Shown piece by piece: positions 23,972 to 37,025 of a stretch of DNA of 64,000 nt. Under the pieces are notes generated by a model. The model worked only from the letters and a program-made list of their open reading frames with translations. It was not told the origin of the DNA and did no database searches. The stretch spans positions 181,598 through 245,597 of the forward strand of contig QPGO01000028.1 of NCBI GenBank assembly GCA_008632985.1. Reading direction: 5' to 3'. Position numbers and translations under genes: made by a program. How positions within the stretch are numbered: position 1 is the stretch's first letter; every line of letters begins with the position of its first letter. The DNA comes from Psammoneis japonica. Its lineage: Eukaryota.

Positions 23972-25775
23972 AGTTGATCTGGTTGCTTTTGCATGTTGTG
24001 GATGGATGAAGAATGGGGCGCGACGTTGTCATGTGAAAATGTGCATGCCTGCTCATTGAGCCAACAGCACTGCAGATCAAAATTCAGCTCATTTTTTTCA
24101 AACTCAATCCACCATCAAAGCCAACACAGCAACAAAGCAAAAAAGACAGGCTGTGCCAATGCAAAAGGCATCACATGGTGTTTGAGATGATCGCCAGCTG
24201 GCTGTTGCCTTGCTTGCCCCTGATGGCTCTGGCAGTCATGCACCTGGCTGACTGTCTGACAATGCCAGGGGTCAGACAAGATGCTGACATCAAAAAGAGT
24301 GAGAGCAAGACACAGGCAGCATTGCAGTCAATGGCTCAATGTTCAAAGTGTCCGCCCACCCAAAAAAGTGACATCAGCAAAAGCTCAAGCTGCCTTGCTC
24401 AGCCCAGAGCATTGCATGATGTCCATGGTCAATGAATCCTGTGGCAATGACGCATGATGTGGGGACAATGTTGACCCTCCCTTGTGTCTGAAACAATCAA
24501 AATGGAAGGAGTTTGTTGTGCCAAACTGCTCAGAAAATTGAGCTCTCACGTGATGGATGGTTCATCACCTGGAGCCAGAACAGGCCTGCCCAGAGCACAT
24601 TGTCAGAGCTCTGCTTTTCTCTGGGGAAGCTGTGGCAGCCATTTTGTTGCCAGCTGTGAGGCTGGGACAAAGTCAGCAGCACGGAGCTTTTTTTTTACTG
24701 GGTTTAAGAAGAAGCAGCTCTGAGAGCCAACAGCAGCAACCACAATGTCCAAAAGGGTGGGTGGCTGGTTAGATTCAGCAAAATCACCTGACAAAAACAC
24801 AGGATGCCAGGCTTCTTGCAATGAGCTCCACCAGAGATTTTGCCTGTGGAGATTTTAAGGGCCCTCCAGCTGCTGGAGAGTTGTCTTTTTGGTCACCTGG
24901 GAAGCGCACAATGGGGGTCATCGTGCCACTCAACTCCCCAGCGTTCAGAAGAAAGAAAATGCTCAGACACTGATGAGTTTTGCATGCAAAATTTGACACC
25001 GAGCTGCGTGCGCAATCCCATGCATGTGGACCTTTTCATTGGTGTCTGAGCTCTTTGTTCCTTCCAGATTGCAAGATGCTTTTGGTCAATTCAAGCCGGC
25101 TCAAAATGCTTTTTGCAAAAAGGTCAAAAAATTGACAAAATTTGCGCAATGCTGCACACCCCAGCACCTGACATCGACATCATGCTGGTGCAACTGCAAG
25201 CCAAAAAACTTTTTGAAACAAACATCCCAAAAGCAGGAAGTGAGCACCACAATGCTTCTGTTGACAAAGTCCACAACAAGGCGCGTTCCACCTCCAGGTG
25301 GGACCTTGCACTGCTGAACTGTGACATCAATGGTTTTTTGGATTGCACCACATGTCAAACACGCAGAAAGATGTGCGACTTTTTTCAAATTTTGCATCAT
25401 TTTGTGGTGCACTTGTTGAGTGATCCATCCAACAACTTTTGACATTTTTTGTTGCAGCGCAATTCTGTGATGTCTTAAAATTGCGCAGGGTGCAGGCGCA
25501 TGATTTGCAAAAATGTCGAGTGGCAAGAGGCACAATTGCACCCCTGTGCAAGTGCTTCCATGGGATGCAGGTGGGTGTGGTGTGTGATGACATCATCACA
25601 TGCATTGAGTTGCACATGTTGACATTTGCGCTGATGCTCACATGTCATTGAGCAACAGCTCCCATCCCATGGCACCCCCAATTCTCTGGCCACGAAACAC
25701 TGGGGGCAAGAGTTGACCATTTTTCACCCATTCTCACACAGTGCAAACAACGTGTGTCACATCAACTCCACCATG

Positions 25776-28700
25776 ACAATGTCTCCTCCTTCATCTCCAA
25801 CGTACACTGACAATGCTGCCCATCCCTTTGGTGACTCCACCATGCCCATCATGGATGACAATGCCATTGCTCCAGCTGTCGTGACCCAACCACACCAGAT
25901 GCATTGCGGTCCGGAAGATGTCAACCATTTTTCTCCCGATCCAGTGCCTTTCGTGCAGTCTCAAGGCCAAAGTTGTTCCACCCCGGTTGTTGCATTGCCT
26001 GAACAACTTTCTTTGAAGCACTTGCATGAAGTCATGTTCGGCGATGTTGAACAGGGGCTGGAGTGCAGAAGTTTGCAACTTTGTGCAACAAAAAAGAAAC
26101 AAAAGACAAAGTGTGTGGTCAAGGTGGTGCTCAATCCCTCCACCATGCTCTCTTTTCTCCACAACCCCACTGTCAACGAGTCCATTTCTTTGGGGTCTTT
26201 CTTGCCTCCTGACACTCCCAACCTTGTCAAACAGGCAATGCACAATTTTGACATAAAGCAACAACCTTGGCCTCAGAAACAAAGCAATGCAAATGACAAG
26301 AAGATGTGCAGTGCTTCCAGGCCCCCACCAGCACCATCTGGATCCACCAAGTGCCCCCCTTGTCATGACAAATGGAGCAAGGCAATCCCTCACGTTTCTT
26401 GGGACTCACCTGTGCTGCAAGATCTTCTCACCTGCCACTGTCAACGGTTGCTTTTGGAGGATGTCCTTCGGCTGCCGGTCAGCTTGGACATTGCACTGTG
26501 GATTTCTTCTGCCCATCCTGCTTTTTCATTGACATGGAAACCGTTGCTTGACACAGTTTGTGCTTCGGCACCTTCGTCTGCTGTTTGCATCAGCAAAGAG
26601 CACTTCTGCATGGTTCAAGCTGCAATTGCCAAAATCCAGAACAACAAAAACTCATTGGTGGTGGTGAATTGTCAGCCAGCGATGTGCAACACCTTTGCAC
26701 TGAAAGTGGTGGTGATGCAGTTGCAATCGCTCCTGTGGCTGCGGCATCTTCTGGTTGCAAAATCAAGCACTGCAATTTGTTTTATCATGGGGCAACCTTT
26801 CACGTTTGGGTGGCGCAGCCATGCAACAACCACCCAAAATTGCAGTTGGAAAATGTGCCTGATGCAAACTGACGTGCCGCCATGTTCCAGTGCTGCATGC
26901 GGGAGCCATGGGGTGATGGCCATGCCGTGCATTTGTTGTGTTGTGAGCATGACATCTTAATCCAGAAAGACAAGGAGGATGAGGAGCGCAAACATTGCAA
27001 AAATGCCGAGATGTCAACGGAATGGATTCGCAAATTGTTCGCCATTGATCCGAAGGCTCCCAACTTCCAAGCCTTCTGCGCTTTTGTGGAGGGCACCTGT
27101 GAGCAGGCGATTTGTGTGTGTTTTGGACACTTCACCCATTTGACGTCTCCCATTCTCATGCAGGCTGTGGTCCAGGAAATGGCAAAATGGTTTTGCAAAA
27201 CTGTGCCACAACACTGTGTTGTGTTGAGCACCCTGTTGAGCTGTGAGATGCACCAGTGCAACACCAGGAAGCAGCATCTCCTGCCTCTTTGAGATCGCTT
27301 TGTTTTGTGCATCTTCATGTCCATCATGCACATCTGCAATCCATGCTTGTTTTCCTGGTGGGCATGCTGCAACACTGTGGCGTCGCGTGAGTTGTTGGAC
27401 TCAACATCTTGATCAAAGCTTTCTGTGTGTTTCAGTCAGGCCACCATTCAACAAACTCTCCTGCGCAAGTGTCATCCATTTTTGAACTGTGCAATGGCAA
27501 TGGCCTCCACCAACCAAACATTGAAGGGCTCTGGCAACTTTGGCGTTGCCATTTTTGACAATTCCCAGGTGCACATCAACCAATGTGTTGCCTGCATTGA
27601 TGCATTTGTCTCTCACGCCACTTTTCTTCTTACTTCCATTTTGGGTGGTTGAGTCTCTTAAGTGCCAATGTGGGTGCCAATCCTTGACGGTTGCAAAGAC
27701 TGTGTCACACATGTTCATCAAGCCATGTGTGCTGCCCAAGTTTCATTTGTGTCCGACCGCACTTTCTCTGAAGCCCAAAACCACCATGTGGGTCACTGCA
27801 TTCCATCTCCCTTTGGCATGCCTGCTTGCAAGCTGCAGGACTCTTTGTTGCGTGCCGATGCTTCCATTCTGGACTTTCACAACTCCAACGAGTTCTTGGA
27901 ATCCGCTGACAGCATGGGTGTTAGAGTGTCTTGGCATGCCTCACTTGTAATCCTCGCAACAAGTGCCCACTTGCACCACCAGTGCATTCCGCACAAAGGC
28001 GTTGTCTTCCAATTTCAGCATGAGTGCAGAAAAGAGACCATGCAGCAAATTGGTGGGGCATGCCTTCACATGTCTCTGCACTCATTCCTCCTGTGTCATG
28101 TGAGAATTGAGACCATGAGCAAAGGTGCCGGCAAGGTTGCACTTGGATTGATGCAGCTCTTCAACATCTTAGAAGCAACGTTGTCCAAAGGGGTTTCAGG
28201 TGATTCCATCAAGGATCTTTGCCTTGGTGACGGATGCCAGAATCATCACTTGATGACAGTTGGTGATGGCCTGTCGCAAATGTGTGTGAAGGCATTTTGC
28301 ACTCTCATCCAAATGTCTGCCTGCAGCCACATTGACCACCATGTTGCTGCAGGAGTCTTTGAAAAAGCCATGGAACAAGTGATCAATGCGACAGGAGATC
28401 TGCATGGCAGTGGCTTCCATTTCCTTGGGGCTGTTTGTGCGCTGTTCTGTGGGTTGCTGCTGCAGCCGTTTCAGGCGGTGCTTGGGTGGAAGTGGATGCA
28501 AGGTGCAGATGTGATGAAGTGCCATCAACAGGCCGCTGGAATGGCTGTAATGACACTTTCGGGAATCAAGCATCAACTCTTTTTGATGGTTTGGGTGCAC
28601 GTGTGAAACACGGATGAGCTGCAAAGCAGGTGGATGGCTTTGTCAGATGCTGGAGAGCATTCCATGTTCACAGCATGTGAGCACAAGCACTGCTGGGTGG

Positions 28701-28800
28701 ACATTCGGATCAAGGTTGGCTCCGACAAAGTGCATCACATGTCGCTGCCATTCATGATGCTCATGTGTCACTGTCATTTGTTTCAGCATTTGGTTTGATG
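25776..28800 (+). pseudogene. Putative Academ/DUF6589-like transposase relic
   Basis: Frameshifted ORFs containing GVAIFDNSQ, HVRIETMS, TVGDGLSQ and TGDLHGSGFHFL, the acidic and GxLH motif pattern I associate with this family. Confidence 0.55.
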
Positions 28801-28811
28801 TGGCAATGCCG

Positions 28812-29698
28812 TCATGAGGAAACAATCCGGCCAGTGCAAGTTGCAGTCATGAGTGGGAAGGGCATTGAAGCGATGGATGGCAGGTGAGTGAAAAAGCATT
28901 GGGGCAGCTCCTTGAATTTGGAATGAAAGGACAGACCAAAGCTGACAAAAAGATGGACTTCATCAAGAGCAACAAGCCGCAGCAGACCCTGGTGTGCAGT
29001 TGAGAGAAGGAATTGCAACAGCTCTTCAGTGGCGACAATCAACTGAGGCAAGGCAAACAGGAATGTGGGCCCATGAACCGGCACCATCCGTTGCTGCAAC
29101 CGGCCCATCCTGTCAAAAAAACATTTCATGTGATTTGAATTTTTAGATGTTTTGTCCAAATGAAATGATGTGACCGGGCCATGTTGTTGTTGTTGTTGTG
29201 TGGCTCTTGTCATAATTTTGCAGCATTGATCCAAACCAAGGGACAAAAGAAGGACAATGGCAAGGATTGCGCCATGGCGGCAGACGCCGACGATGTCACG
29301 GACAAGGGATTTGCCACCTCCTGTGGGGCGCACTGGCAACAATGGCTGGGCTTGTTGATTTTGCATTGAAAAAAGTGGTTTGGAGCCAACCTCAACCTGC
29401 CACCTGAAAGGTTGCTTGCCAAAGACATCAACAGAGACATCGATGAAGGTTTGGGAGAATGTTGTGGGTGGCTTTGTAGAGGTTGCGCAGATGCATTGTC
29501 TGTGTGAGGCATTGCAGCAGCTGAAAAACGGTGCAAGTTGTTGCAGTGTAACACCAGCAATGATGCACTCTTGACAGTGCTAAAAACCACATCACCTGAT
29601 TCAGCAGATCCATTGTGGTTGGCACCAATGGGACTCGCATCAGGGGATGGCATTGACGATGCTCGCTCGACATCATCATGGAAAGTTGTTGTTGACAT
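28812..29698 (-). pseudogene. RecQ-like SF2 helicase N-terminal half, truncated
   Basis: PTGGGKS (motif I), LLSLGLDQ (Ia), LVALDEVH..GLSF (motif II plus RecQ aromatic loop), MTAT (motif III). Confidence 0.85.
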
Positions 29699-30414
29699 GT
29701 GTCATTTGTGTGTTGTGCAAGAGGCGAAAAATGGTCAACTCCTTCCCTCAGTGTTTGGTGGCCAGAGAATTGGGGGAGAGCATGGATCAGGATTTTCCCT
29801 GGTGCTGTGAGCATTTGTGCACAAATGCTTGATTTTGTCAAATGACAGCAAATGAGATTTTTGATGATGTCTAAATTGCATCACCATGCCATCACATCCA
29901 TGCTCTTCCCTTGCACAGGGGTGGCACAATTGCACCACAAACTTGGTTGTTCATTTGATGTTGAAGACAAATGTGTCCATCAACTAAATTCTTGCACTGC
30001 AGAGCTCACACGTAGAATTCTGTGGGCCCAATGTCACACGGAGTCCCACCCAGGACTGGAGCCCATCACAGCAAACATCAAAACAGATGGAAACAACATG
30101 GCAGAATTGACTCTTGCCATGAGCACAAAGAAACACCCAACAACCTGCCAGCTGGACCTTCAAAATCTGCTCCAACTGCAATCAACCATGGCACGCCAAC
30201 TCTGGTTGTTCCAACTGTTGTCTCATGTTCTCATTGATGTGCAAGATTGGACTGTGCATCAAAATCTTGTCCAAATGCAATGCAGCAAATGCAGTCCAGC
30301 CGCCATGTTCCCTCTTGTGGCAAAAGTGCAGTGCTTTTTCGAAATTTCTTGATTTGCGAAAAAGCGTCTTGAAATCTGGGAGGGAGTCAGAGGTCGGAGT
30401 TGTCCCAATTGAAA

Positions 30415-30640
30415 CACACAGTGTTGGTTGATGACAACCCATTGGGTTTTTTGGCTGATCCTGAGAATGGCACACCGGTGTTGAGTTTTTACGACGATGC
30501 ACGTGACACGATGTCACCGGCCATCCTGAATTTGTCACATGAACCAGATCAAGAACGTGACATCCAGCCAACGTTACATTCACAGTTCCGTCTCCATCAT
30601 GCATTGAATGATTTGTTGAATGGTCATCCATTTGCGGGAT
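30415..30640 (+). pseudogene. Captured C-terminal fragment of an FCP1/SCP (NIF) phosphatase gene
   Basis: TVLVDDNPLGFLADPENGTPVLSFYDDARDT..LNL..DIQPTL matches the NIF C-terminus; no upstream DxDxT motif; begins right after a repeat end. Confidence 0.7.
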
Positions 30641-32449
30641 GGGATCAACAAATTGACAACACTCAACAACATCAACAACAAAAGGCAGAACAACAACATC
30701 AACGAAATGTCATGGACAACGAAGAACCACAACAAGAACTTGCAGTCACTGCATCGTGAGACTGGCTGGACTTTCCCTGGTTCTTTCATTCCATCCTCCT
30801 TCTTCTTGCACCTGTTGTCTCTCTTTTGCAACAACATTTTTCTTTTGCCAGGAATGCCTTCTTTGCGCAGCATTCCAACACTGTTGCAAGCTGCCACTGC
30901 TGCACACTGCTTCACTGGCCTTCTTGTGTCATCTGCTGCACACACTGCATGCCTGGCACATTGTTCTAAGTTTCATTCCTTTTTTGACGTCTCATTGCTG
31001 TGATGGCCAGCGTTCCTGTTTTGCAGACAGTGGAGGACACCAGTCGCACATCTGTGTGACGGTGACACAATGTGAGGTTCCCAAATCATTGCTGCAGAGG
31101 ATGGGCACCAGTGAGAAATGCAAAAGCGACATTGGTGTCACGTCACTTGTGTTGCTTTTGCACCAACACTTCATCAGCACCACAATGAAAACAGTTTCTG
31201 CAGGCGAAAATGTGGCGCACTGGTGCAGGACAGGCGATGAACAAAAAAGCAACTTCTTGTAAAAAAGATTTTGCAATGACAAAAAAGATGACAATGAAAA
31301 TGGTTTCTGCAGGGACACTCTTGGTGCCAGTGCAGTTGTGTTTGCATCTGCCTCCATCGTTGACAACGACAATGATCAACCATTTTGCAATGATTGGTTG
31401 AAACAACACAAATGTGGTGCATTGCATGCAATGCACAGATCAATGTGCGTTTGCGTGCAGCGACAATGCAGCGGCGTTGAGATCACTGCAACTGTCAATC
31501 TGTCAAATGTTGAGTGAAAGTGATGGGTGATCAAACAACCATGGAGGATCCTGTTGGGGATGTGCTCCTTCTGGATGGATGAAAAGAGCTTTCAGACACC
31601 TTGCGCTGTCCATTGCAACAGTCTTGGGATGTTGTTCCACAAGAAAGACTGACTCTGGATCTCCAAAGGAGTCCAGGAAGGCAGAAATCTGCTCAAAAGA
31701 GACAAACCGCTGTTGCAGTGGTGCAAAATTCAACATTGCAAGGGAACCAGGCAGTGCAGTGGGGTTGAATGCAACACATGGACATGCGTGTGGCAAGTGC
31801 ACATGTCAAGCAGGAACAGACGGGATGCATGACTGAAGACAGTCATGGATGTCAGAGAGTGGGCACAATGTTGACATCCAAGGTGAGTCATTCATGGACT
31901 CATGAACAGGAAAGTGAAGTGGAAGATGCAGTGTTTGGTGTGCAATCAAATCCACTCAGCTCCCTGAAGGGGTGCCAGGTCCAGTCAACAGAAAGAGACA
32001 AATTTGTGGTTGTGCAAATGAGTGTCTGTCAGTCTGTCCTGATCCTCATTCCTTCCAATGCACACATCATTGTTGTCCAGGAATCAACAAAACTGCAGTG
32101 TGCCAGTTGCCAATGACAATTGACCAAACCAACTTCGAAGTCAAGGCAAAAGACACTTCAGAGTGAACCGGGGTGAGATGTGGCCAGAGCAAAAACAACC
32201 CCAAGTGTGACAATGCTGGGTTGCAAATGACATGGCAAATGGACACATGTCCCCCAATGGTCAATTCAGGGTGGTCTTGGTGAAAAGTTCAAAATGGATC
32301 TGTGTGATGTTGAGTTGTGCAGAAATGTGCTGCGCACTCATTGCACAGATTTCTGTGTGACATAAAATCATCTGCACACTTTCAGACCTCCACACTCCCA
32401 AATGCACACATGCAGACCTCTGCACTCCCAAATGCATGCTGGGGAGTAG

Positions 32450-33245
32450 ACTGCCCCCCAGCATTCGGGAGTGCAGAGGTCTGCATGCATGGACATGATT
32501 TTACATTGCGCAGAAATCTGCACAATTGACGAGCAGCACATTTCTGCACAATGTCTCTTGCAAACTGTGACCTCCAACTCCCTCCCAGATTTCAAGATGC
32601 TTTTTCGCAAATCAAGCCATTTCGAAAAAACACCGTACTTTCACCACGAGAGGGAACATGGCAGCTGGATTGCATTTGCCGCATCATGTTTGGACAAGAT
32701 TTTGATGCGCAATCTGATCTCATGCATCAATTGTGACATGACACAGTCGTTGGAACGACCGGAATCAGCACTCTGGTTGTTTCGTTCACGTTTTTGTGAT
32801 TGATGCACCATGGCCATGGTCGACCGCAGTTGGTGCTGGTGGCAAGAGTCAATTTCCATTTGTTGCTTCCATCTGATTTGGTGCTTGATGATGCTGAAAC
32901 AGTCAACAGAAGCATCACGGTGCTCACTTCCTTTTGTGATGTTTGTTTTAGCAAGTTTTTTGGCTTGCGGTTGCATCAGCATGACGTCGACGTCAGGTGC
33001 TAAGTTGCACAGCATTGTGCAAATTTTGTCAATTTTTCCACCTTTTTGCAAAAAGCATTTTTTGCCGGCTTGAATCGACCAAAAGTGTCTTGAAATCTGG
33101 GAGGAAGAAAGAGCTCAGACACTGATGCCAAGGTCTGCACACATGGGGTCACGCATGCAGACCTCGGCATTAAATTTTATGCATGTGAAATTCGTCAGTG
33201 TCTGAGCATTTTCTTTCTTCCAAATGCTGGGGAGTGGGGAGTGGA
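32450..33245. mobile_element. Shorter inverted copy of the 24925-30400 non-autonomous element
   Basis: Reverse-complement alignment to 24940-25265 and 30075-30400; ends carry the CCCCAGCATT/AATGCTGGGG inverted motif. Confidence 0.65.
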
Positions 33246-33420
33246 CATCTTCCGCAAATGCTGCAATGTTCAATGGACGATCAATGGTCATGCATCATTG
33301 CATGCACGCGGCTCACGGCTCTCATGGTGACAAAATGCTGAAAGATTGCCAAAAAGCAAGACAGTGTAAAAGCAAACGAAGTCATCCACCATCAAGCACT
33401 GCGTTCCTCCCATTGATGTC

Positions 33421-35373
33421 ATGAATGGAGAGCTTGACAACACCGTCACGCCACAACGGGGCAGCCATGTTGAGAAAAACATTGTCAGCAGAAACAAGCA
33501 AGTTGCAGAAGATGCACTCAACAAACATGATGCTTCTCCCAGTTCCACCCCGCCCACCCCTGAACAAGAGCCTGACAGTCCAGGCACGGTGAAACAGGTG
33601 TTGGATGAAAGAGAAGCCCATGAGCAGTTTGAAAAGGAGTGCAACTCTTGCAATCATGGCTGTCATGGGCCACCAAGCATTCCCAGTGATGACAACACAA
33701 CAAACAACCAGAACACTGTTGCTGAAGAGGTCGCGTTGGCTGAGAAGAGGGGAGTTGGAAAGCACAGTGGCTGTTGGAAGGCAAAACGGCATGCAGCAGG
33801 GAAAGCTGCAAATTGGATTAAAATCTCTGATGTGTTGCAAGACACACCCCACATGAAAGGCGTGGCTCAAAAATGTGCTGCAATTGATGAGGAAACGATG
33901 CTGCCAGAGGCACCTCACATGAATGACTCTGATGAAGGTGTTGAAGATTTTGATGAAGGAAAGAAAAATGATCAAGAGTTGCACTTTGATGCAACCTGTC
34001 TTGCTTCTGCACAAAAGGAGTTTTGTGATGCTCTTCCAAATGATGAGATGAAGAGAAAGTGCCCACAAAGTCTTCAGATTGAAAAGCAGAAAGTGGAGCA
34101 TGAGAGAAAGAATTGTCAGATTGCAGAGCAGAAAGCGGCTGTTTGCGAAGAATTGTGAAATGCAAAGGATGCGGAAGAAACACTCGAGAAGCACAGAAAA
34201 GCAGAGAGTCAAGCCATGGAGTTTTTGATGGATGCTGACCCAATTGTTTGTGATCCAGCATCCCTCACCAACACATGCCAGCATGCATTGGATGACGAAA
34301 AAGATTTCTCAGCCACGTTTGACAGAGAATCATTGAAGAAGTCATTTGATGTGACAAAAAGCACAAGTTGCTGCTCCAAGTGAGTGGTGCACATGCTGCG
34401 GCTTTCAAATCAACTGCAAATTTCATGACATGAGGCCATTGCAATGGCAATGTGGGGGGACACAGGAAGCATGTGCAGTGGATGGTCAAAACTCTCCATC
34501 GTGTGTTCAGAGAAGCAAGAGAGAGTTGTGGCTGCCATCCTTCCTGCAAAGATCTCTTCTTCCCTGGTCCAACCAGCCAAGAAGTGGAAGGCGTCCAACC
34601 GGTTTTCAAGGTGCTGCTCAAAGCAATCAGGGATTGTGTTGTCAAGTCGCATGTGATGGTGTGACAAATCCATCCTTGCCAATGACCATTGGTGTGTCGG
34701 AGCAGAAGGAGTTGTGCAGAACAAAAAATTGATGAGGGCATTGCTGTGATCTTTCAATTTGGAAATGCGGGAGGCACGTTGTTGCACTTTTAGCTGGTCT
34801 GATGGAGCTGACGTGCAAGATCAAACCAGGACAGTGCACTGACAAGACAGTGCCAGATCTGGCACAAGAAGGAAAGGACCAGGGTCTTAGCCATGCAGCA
34901 CTTTGCTGATGGTGCTGGTGTTCCATCATGTGCCACATCTGTGTCAGGTTTGCTGACTCACATCAAGATCAACCAACTTGTCCTCAAGGATCCTGGGAAG
35001 CCCTCTTCTTGTGTGGAGTCACACTCATCTGGACCATTGTCGCTGTTGCCAAAGGAGTGTTTTGATGCATGGCATCAATCAGAAGGCAAGCCACAACATC
35101 AAGAGGCTGTGGATGGCATGGCAAAAATTTTGCATGGAACAAGCAACAAAGGGGTGGATGAAATGGGCATTCCTCTTGGCATCAAAGCTGCACAAACCAT
35201 GATGATGTGTCCTCGTCATTTGCTCATTGGTCCAAGTTGGAGTCAAGTTTCAGAATTGCTGGGAGAAATGCTTGGTGCGGGTGCATTCGGAATGGTCTTT
35301 GCTGTCAACGGAAGTGAAGAAGCTGCAGTCAAATTGTCCAAACCCGGCCTGCATCATCACATCTCACGAGAGT
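33421..35373 (+). pseudogene. 5' part of a protein kinase pseudogene (coiled coil, linker, kinase subdomains I-III)
   Basis: LGAGAFGMVF (Gly loop), AAVK and ISRE run up to the TSD; several stops upstream. Confidence 0.7.
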
Positions 35374-35715
35374 TGACAGAAATTGAAGGCAAATGGCAAG
35401 AATTCAAACAATGACTCCTTGCTGCTGTCTAAATGGCAGATGAGTCTCCGCTCAGAGACCGTTGCAGGAGCCGAAAGACGTGTAAGTCGGTGCAATCGGG
35501 CTGCTGTTGTCATTCTTGTGAGCCTTGTGGCTCGAAAGCAAACTACATCGCGCGCGAACGCGCGGAACTAAAGCACACAAAACTGTGCACGGTAAACTAA
35601 ACAGCGCGCGATGTTTCGCGCGCACCTGAATCCTGTTCAAATCCTGTCACTCCCCAGTTTGCTTGAGGAGTCACAGAAACAGATTCGACTTTGGATTGAC
35701 CAAAGAACTTTGGAG

Positions 35716-35900
35716 TCAAAGCACCAAAACATGAGGAGACAAGAAAGGATCAAGATCCAAGAGCAACGTTGCATTCTCCAAGTGGGTCATCTTGAGATGA
35801 GCTGTGTCTCCCCAATTGCAGATGCCGTTGTGCCTTTTAAAGCTCAAGGCACACTTGGGATCTGGTGGGATTCCGCACTTGCAATGGAAGGAGCAAAGCT
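35716..35900 (-). pseudogene. Remnant of the region at the RT N-terminus
   Basis: CKCGIPPDPKCALSFKRHNGICNWGDTAHLKM resembles the YKYG..P....AL..D..NGN..W..A...EM motif of diatom Copia pol. Confidence 0.55.
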
Positions 35901-36129
35901 TGGGCTGGTTGACAATGTTGAACGGTGGGGCAACATTGCAGGCGGCATGGCGTTTGCACGACTCGGGGAACAGAGCAAGCATCAGTTCAAAGGCACAAGC
36001 GGTGGTCTTGTGTTCCACCAATCCGACTGCATCTCCTGAGAGACTGATCCAATTGGAGAAACGAGTCTCAAGGTGCAAGCCTTTGGGGATCGGATTGGAG
36101 CAAGACATCTTGTGGTGCAAGGCTGCAGA

Positions 36130-37025
36130 TGTCTGATTGGGGCAACCAGTCCCGTGCTGCAAGACTTCTGGGATCCAAAAGGACTTGCCAGTCTTGTGAC
36201 ACGAGTCTTCGGGGATCCAATCAGGAGGCCAAGTCTTGAGGTGCGAGACTTGGGGGATCCAATCAGGAGGCCGAGTCTCATTGCACAGGACTTGAGGGAT
36301 CCAATCCGGAGGCCGAGTCTTGAGGTGTGAGACGTGGAGGATCCAATTGGGAGGCCCGGTCTTGAGGCACGAGACGTGGAGAGTCCAGTTGGGAGGCCTG
36401 GTCTCAAGGCACCAGACTTGGGGCATCCGATCAGGAGGCCCAGTCTCGATGTACGACACTTGGGGCATCCAATCAGGAGGCCCAGTCTCGAGGCATCCAA
36501 TCAGGAGGCCTGGTCTCGAGGTGCGAGACTTGGGACATCCAATCAGGAGACCTGGTCTCGAGGTACGAGACTTGGGGCATCCAATCAGGAGGCCCAGTCT
36601 CGAGGTGTGAGACTTGAGGCATCCAATCAGGAGGCCTGGTCTCGAGGTACGAGACTTGGGGCATCCAATCAGGAGGCCCAGTCTTGAGGTACGAGACTTG
36701 GGGCATCCAATCAGGAGGCCCAGTCTCGAGGTACGAGACTTGAGGCATCCAATCAGGAGGCCTGGTCTCAAGGTACGAGACTTGAGGCTTCCAATCAGGA
36801 GACCTGGTCTCAAGGTGCGAGACTTGGGGCATCCAATCAGGAGGCCTGGTCTCGAGGTGCGAGACTTGGGGCATCCAATCAGGAGGCCCAGTCTCGAGGT
36901 ACGAGACTTGAGGCATCCAATCAGGAGGCCTGGTCTCGAGGTGCGAGACTTGAGGCATCCAATCAGGAGGCCCAGTCTCAAGGTACGAGACTTGAGGCAT
37001 CTAATCAGGAGGCCTGGTCTCATGG
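36130..37025. repeat. 42-bp tandem minisatellite, about 20 units, degenerating leftwards
   Basis: Unit GGGGCATCCAATCAGGAGGCCCAGTCTCGAGGTACGAGACTT; gives 14-aa periodic ORFs in all frames. Confidence 0.95.

Larger units (their letters stand above)
25539..29923. mobile_element. AcademH-like TIR DNA transposon (transposase plus RecQ-like helicase), internally deleted and hypermutated
   Basis: Perfect 14-bp TIR CACCCCTGTGCAAG/CTTGCACAGGGGTG, extending imperfectly for about 200 bp; 9-bp TSD GCACAATTG (25530-25538, 29924-29932); the empty site is visible at about 13779-13800; two convergent gene relics. Confidence 0.8.
24925..30400. mobile_element. Non-autonomous inverted-repeat element interrupted by the AcademH-like element
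   Basis: 24940-25265 and 30075-30400 match, in reverse orientation, the two halves of 32560-33240; internal inverted motif CTCCCAGATTTCAAGATGCTTT. Confidence 0.6.

Noticed and set aside
21000..24900. Protein-coding TE relic
   Set aside because: Probably present, but too degraded for me to assign a family by eye.
36130..37025. CRISPR-like array
   Set aside because: Units are head-to-tail with no unique spacers, there are no cas genes, and the context is a eukaryotic LTR element.
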